NCBI RefSeq assembly: GCF_001194135.2
Contig: NC_069001.1
Span: forward strand, 34,135,172-34,199,171
DNA length: 64,000 bases
Source of the DNA: Octopus bimaculoides
Taxonomy: Eukaryota
Direction: 5' to 3'
The translations under genes and the position numbers were made by a program. Under the pieces are notes generated by a model. It searched no databases. It saw only the letters and a list, made by a program, of their open reading frames with translations, and was not told the origin of the DNA. Below, piece by piece: positions 63,251 to 64,000 of the stretch (positions within the stretch are counted from its first letter, which is position 1; each line of letters begins with the position of its first letter).

Positions 63251-64000
63251 TATATATTGATTTAATACTTACATATAAAAATATATGTATACACATGCCA
63301 CACATATACACACACACATACATTCACATATATATATGTGTGTGTAAAGAAGGAGAGGGAAAGAGAGAGGGATGAGTGGGTATTAGTGAAAATGAAAAAC
63401 TGTCAGGGTGTAAGAATTTTTTATGGTCTCTGCCTCCTTCATGAAATTTTTCCAATCCTTCAATTTTTTGATAAACTAGCTTTTACCTTTTATATTTTAT
63501 GCAGCCATTTTACTTTTTTCTGTACCTTTTACAGAATTCTTGGTAATGAACCCTTATTGATGCCTTATCTCCGACAACATTTAAATCAAAGTTAATCACT
63601 TAAACATTTGGATCATTTGGTGACTGTGACACACTAAGAGTGTGACACCCTGGGTTCACAGATTGTGTGTTTTGTATCTCATCTAATTCGATTTTTTGCT
63701 ATGATTTGGGAAGGGGTTTGAGAAGTAAGCGTTGGTTGCAGAGATGGGGTGACTGAAAGGATAAAGTATTGGCCTGTCAAGTCATAGGTCATGAGTTCAA
63801 ATCTTTGTTAGTGACATTTCATTGTGCTTCTATCAACATAGTTCTAATTCAGTCAAGGAAATTATGTGCAAGGCTAGCAGCATATCTATGTAAAGGTTTA
63901 TCTCTGATACCCAATCACTATGAAATGAAATTCAATCTTCAGCCCTTAACTGCAACTTAAGGGGTGTAGGAGGCGTGTGGCTTAATGGTTAGGATATTTG

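Overview
AT-rich animal genomic DNA from a draft assembly, with six N gaps (1607-1740, 2696-3008, 8226-8435, 12887-12900, 23796-23805, 58390-58523). It is dominated by (AT)n/(CA)n/(CAT)n microsatellites, several tRNA-derived SINE families (my working labels A-D), RTE-clade LINE remnants with short RTE-tailed copies, and hAT-like and piggyBac-like MITEs. The repeat repertoire matches what I recall from Octopus genomes, which is inference and not checked. I see no complete or recognisable protein-coding gene, tRNA, rRNA or CRISPR array, and most ORF-track entries are microsatellite or gap artefacts. The window looks like long-intron or intergenic DNA. Best leads: (1) a 3' splice site fused to a perfect 5' splice site (TTTAAC..polyT..CAG|GTAAGT, 26264-26299), the layout of a recursive-splicing ratchet point, with a weaker second site at 24358; (2) a hand-picked, phase-compatible chain of minus-strand exon candidates (61.6-39.4 kb) with no recognised homology; (3) several local inverted or direct duplications, including a diverged ~280-bp inverted pair that could form dsRNA. 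I could not support a new multi-gene system. Coordinates of degraded repeats are approximate.
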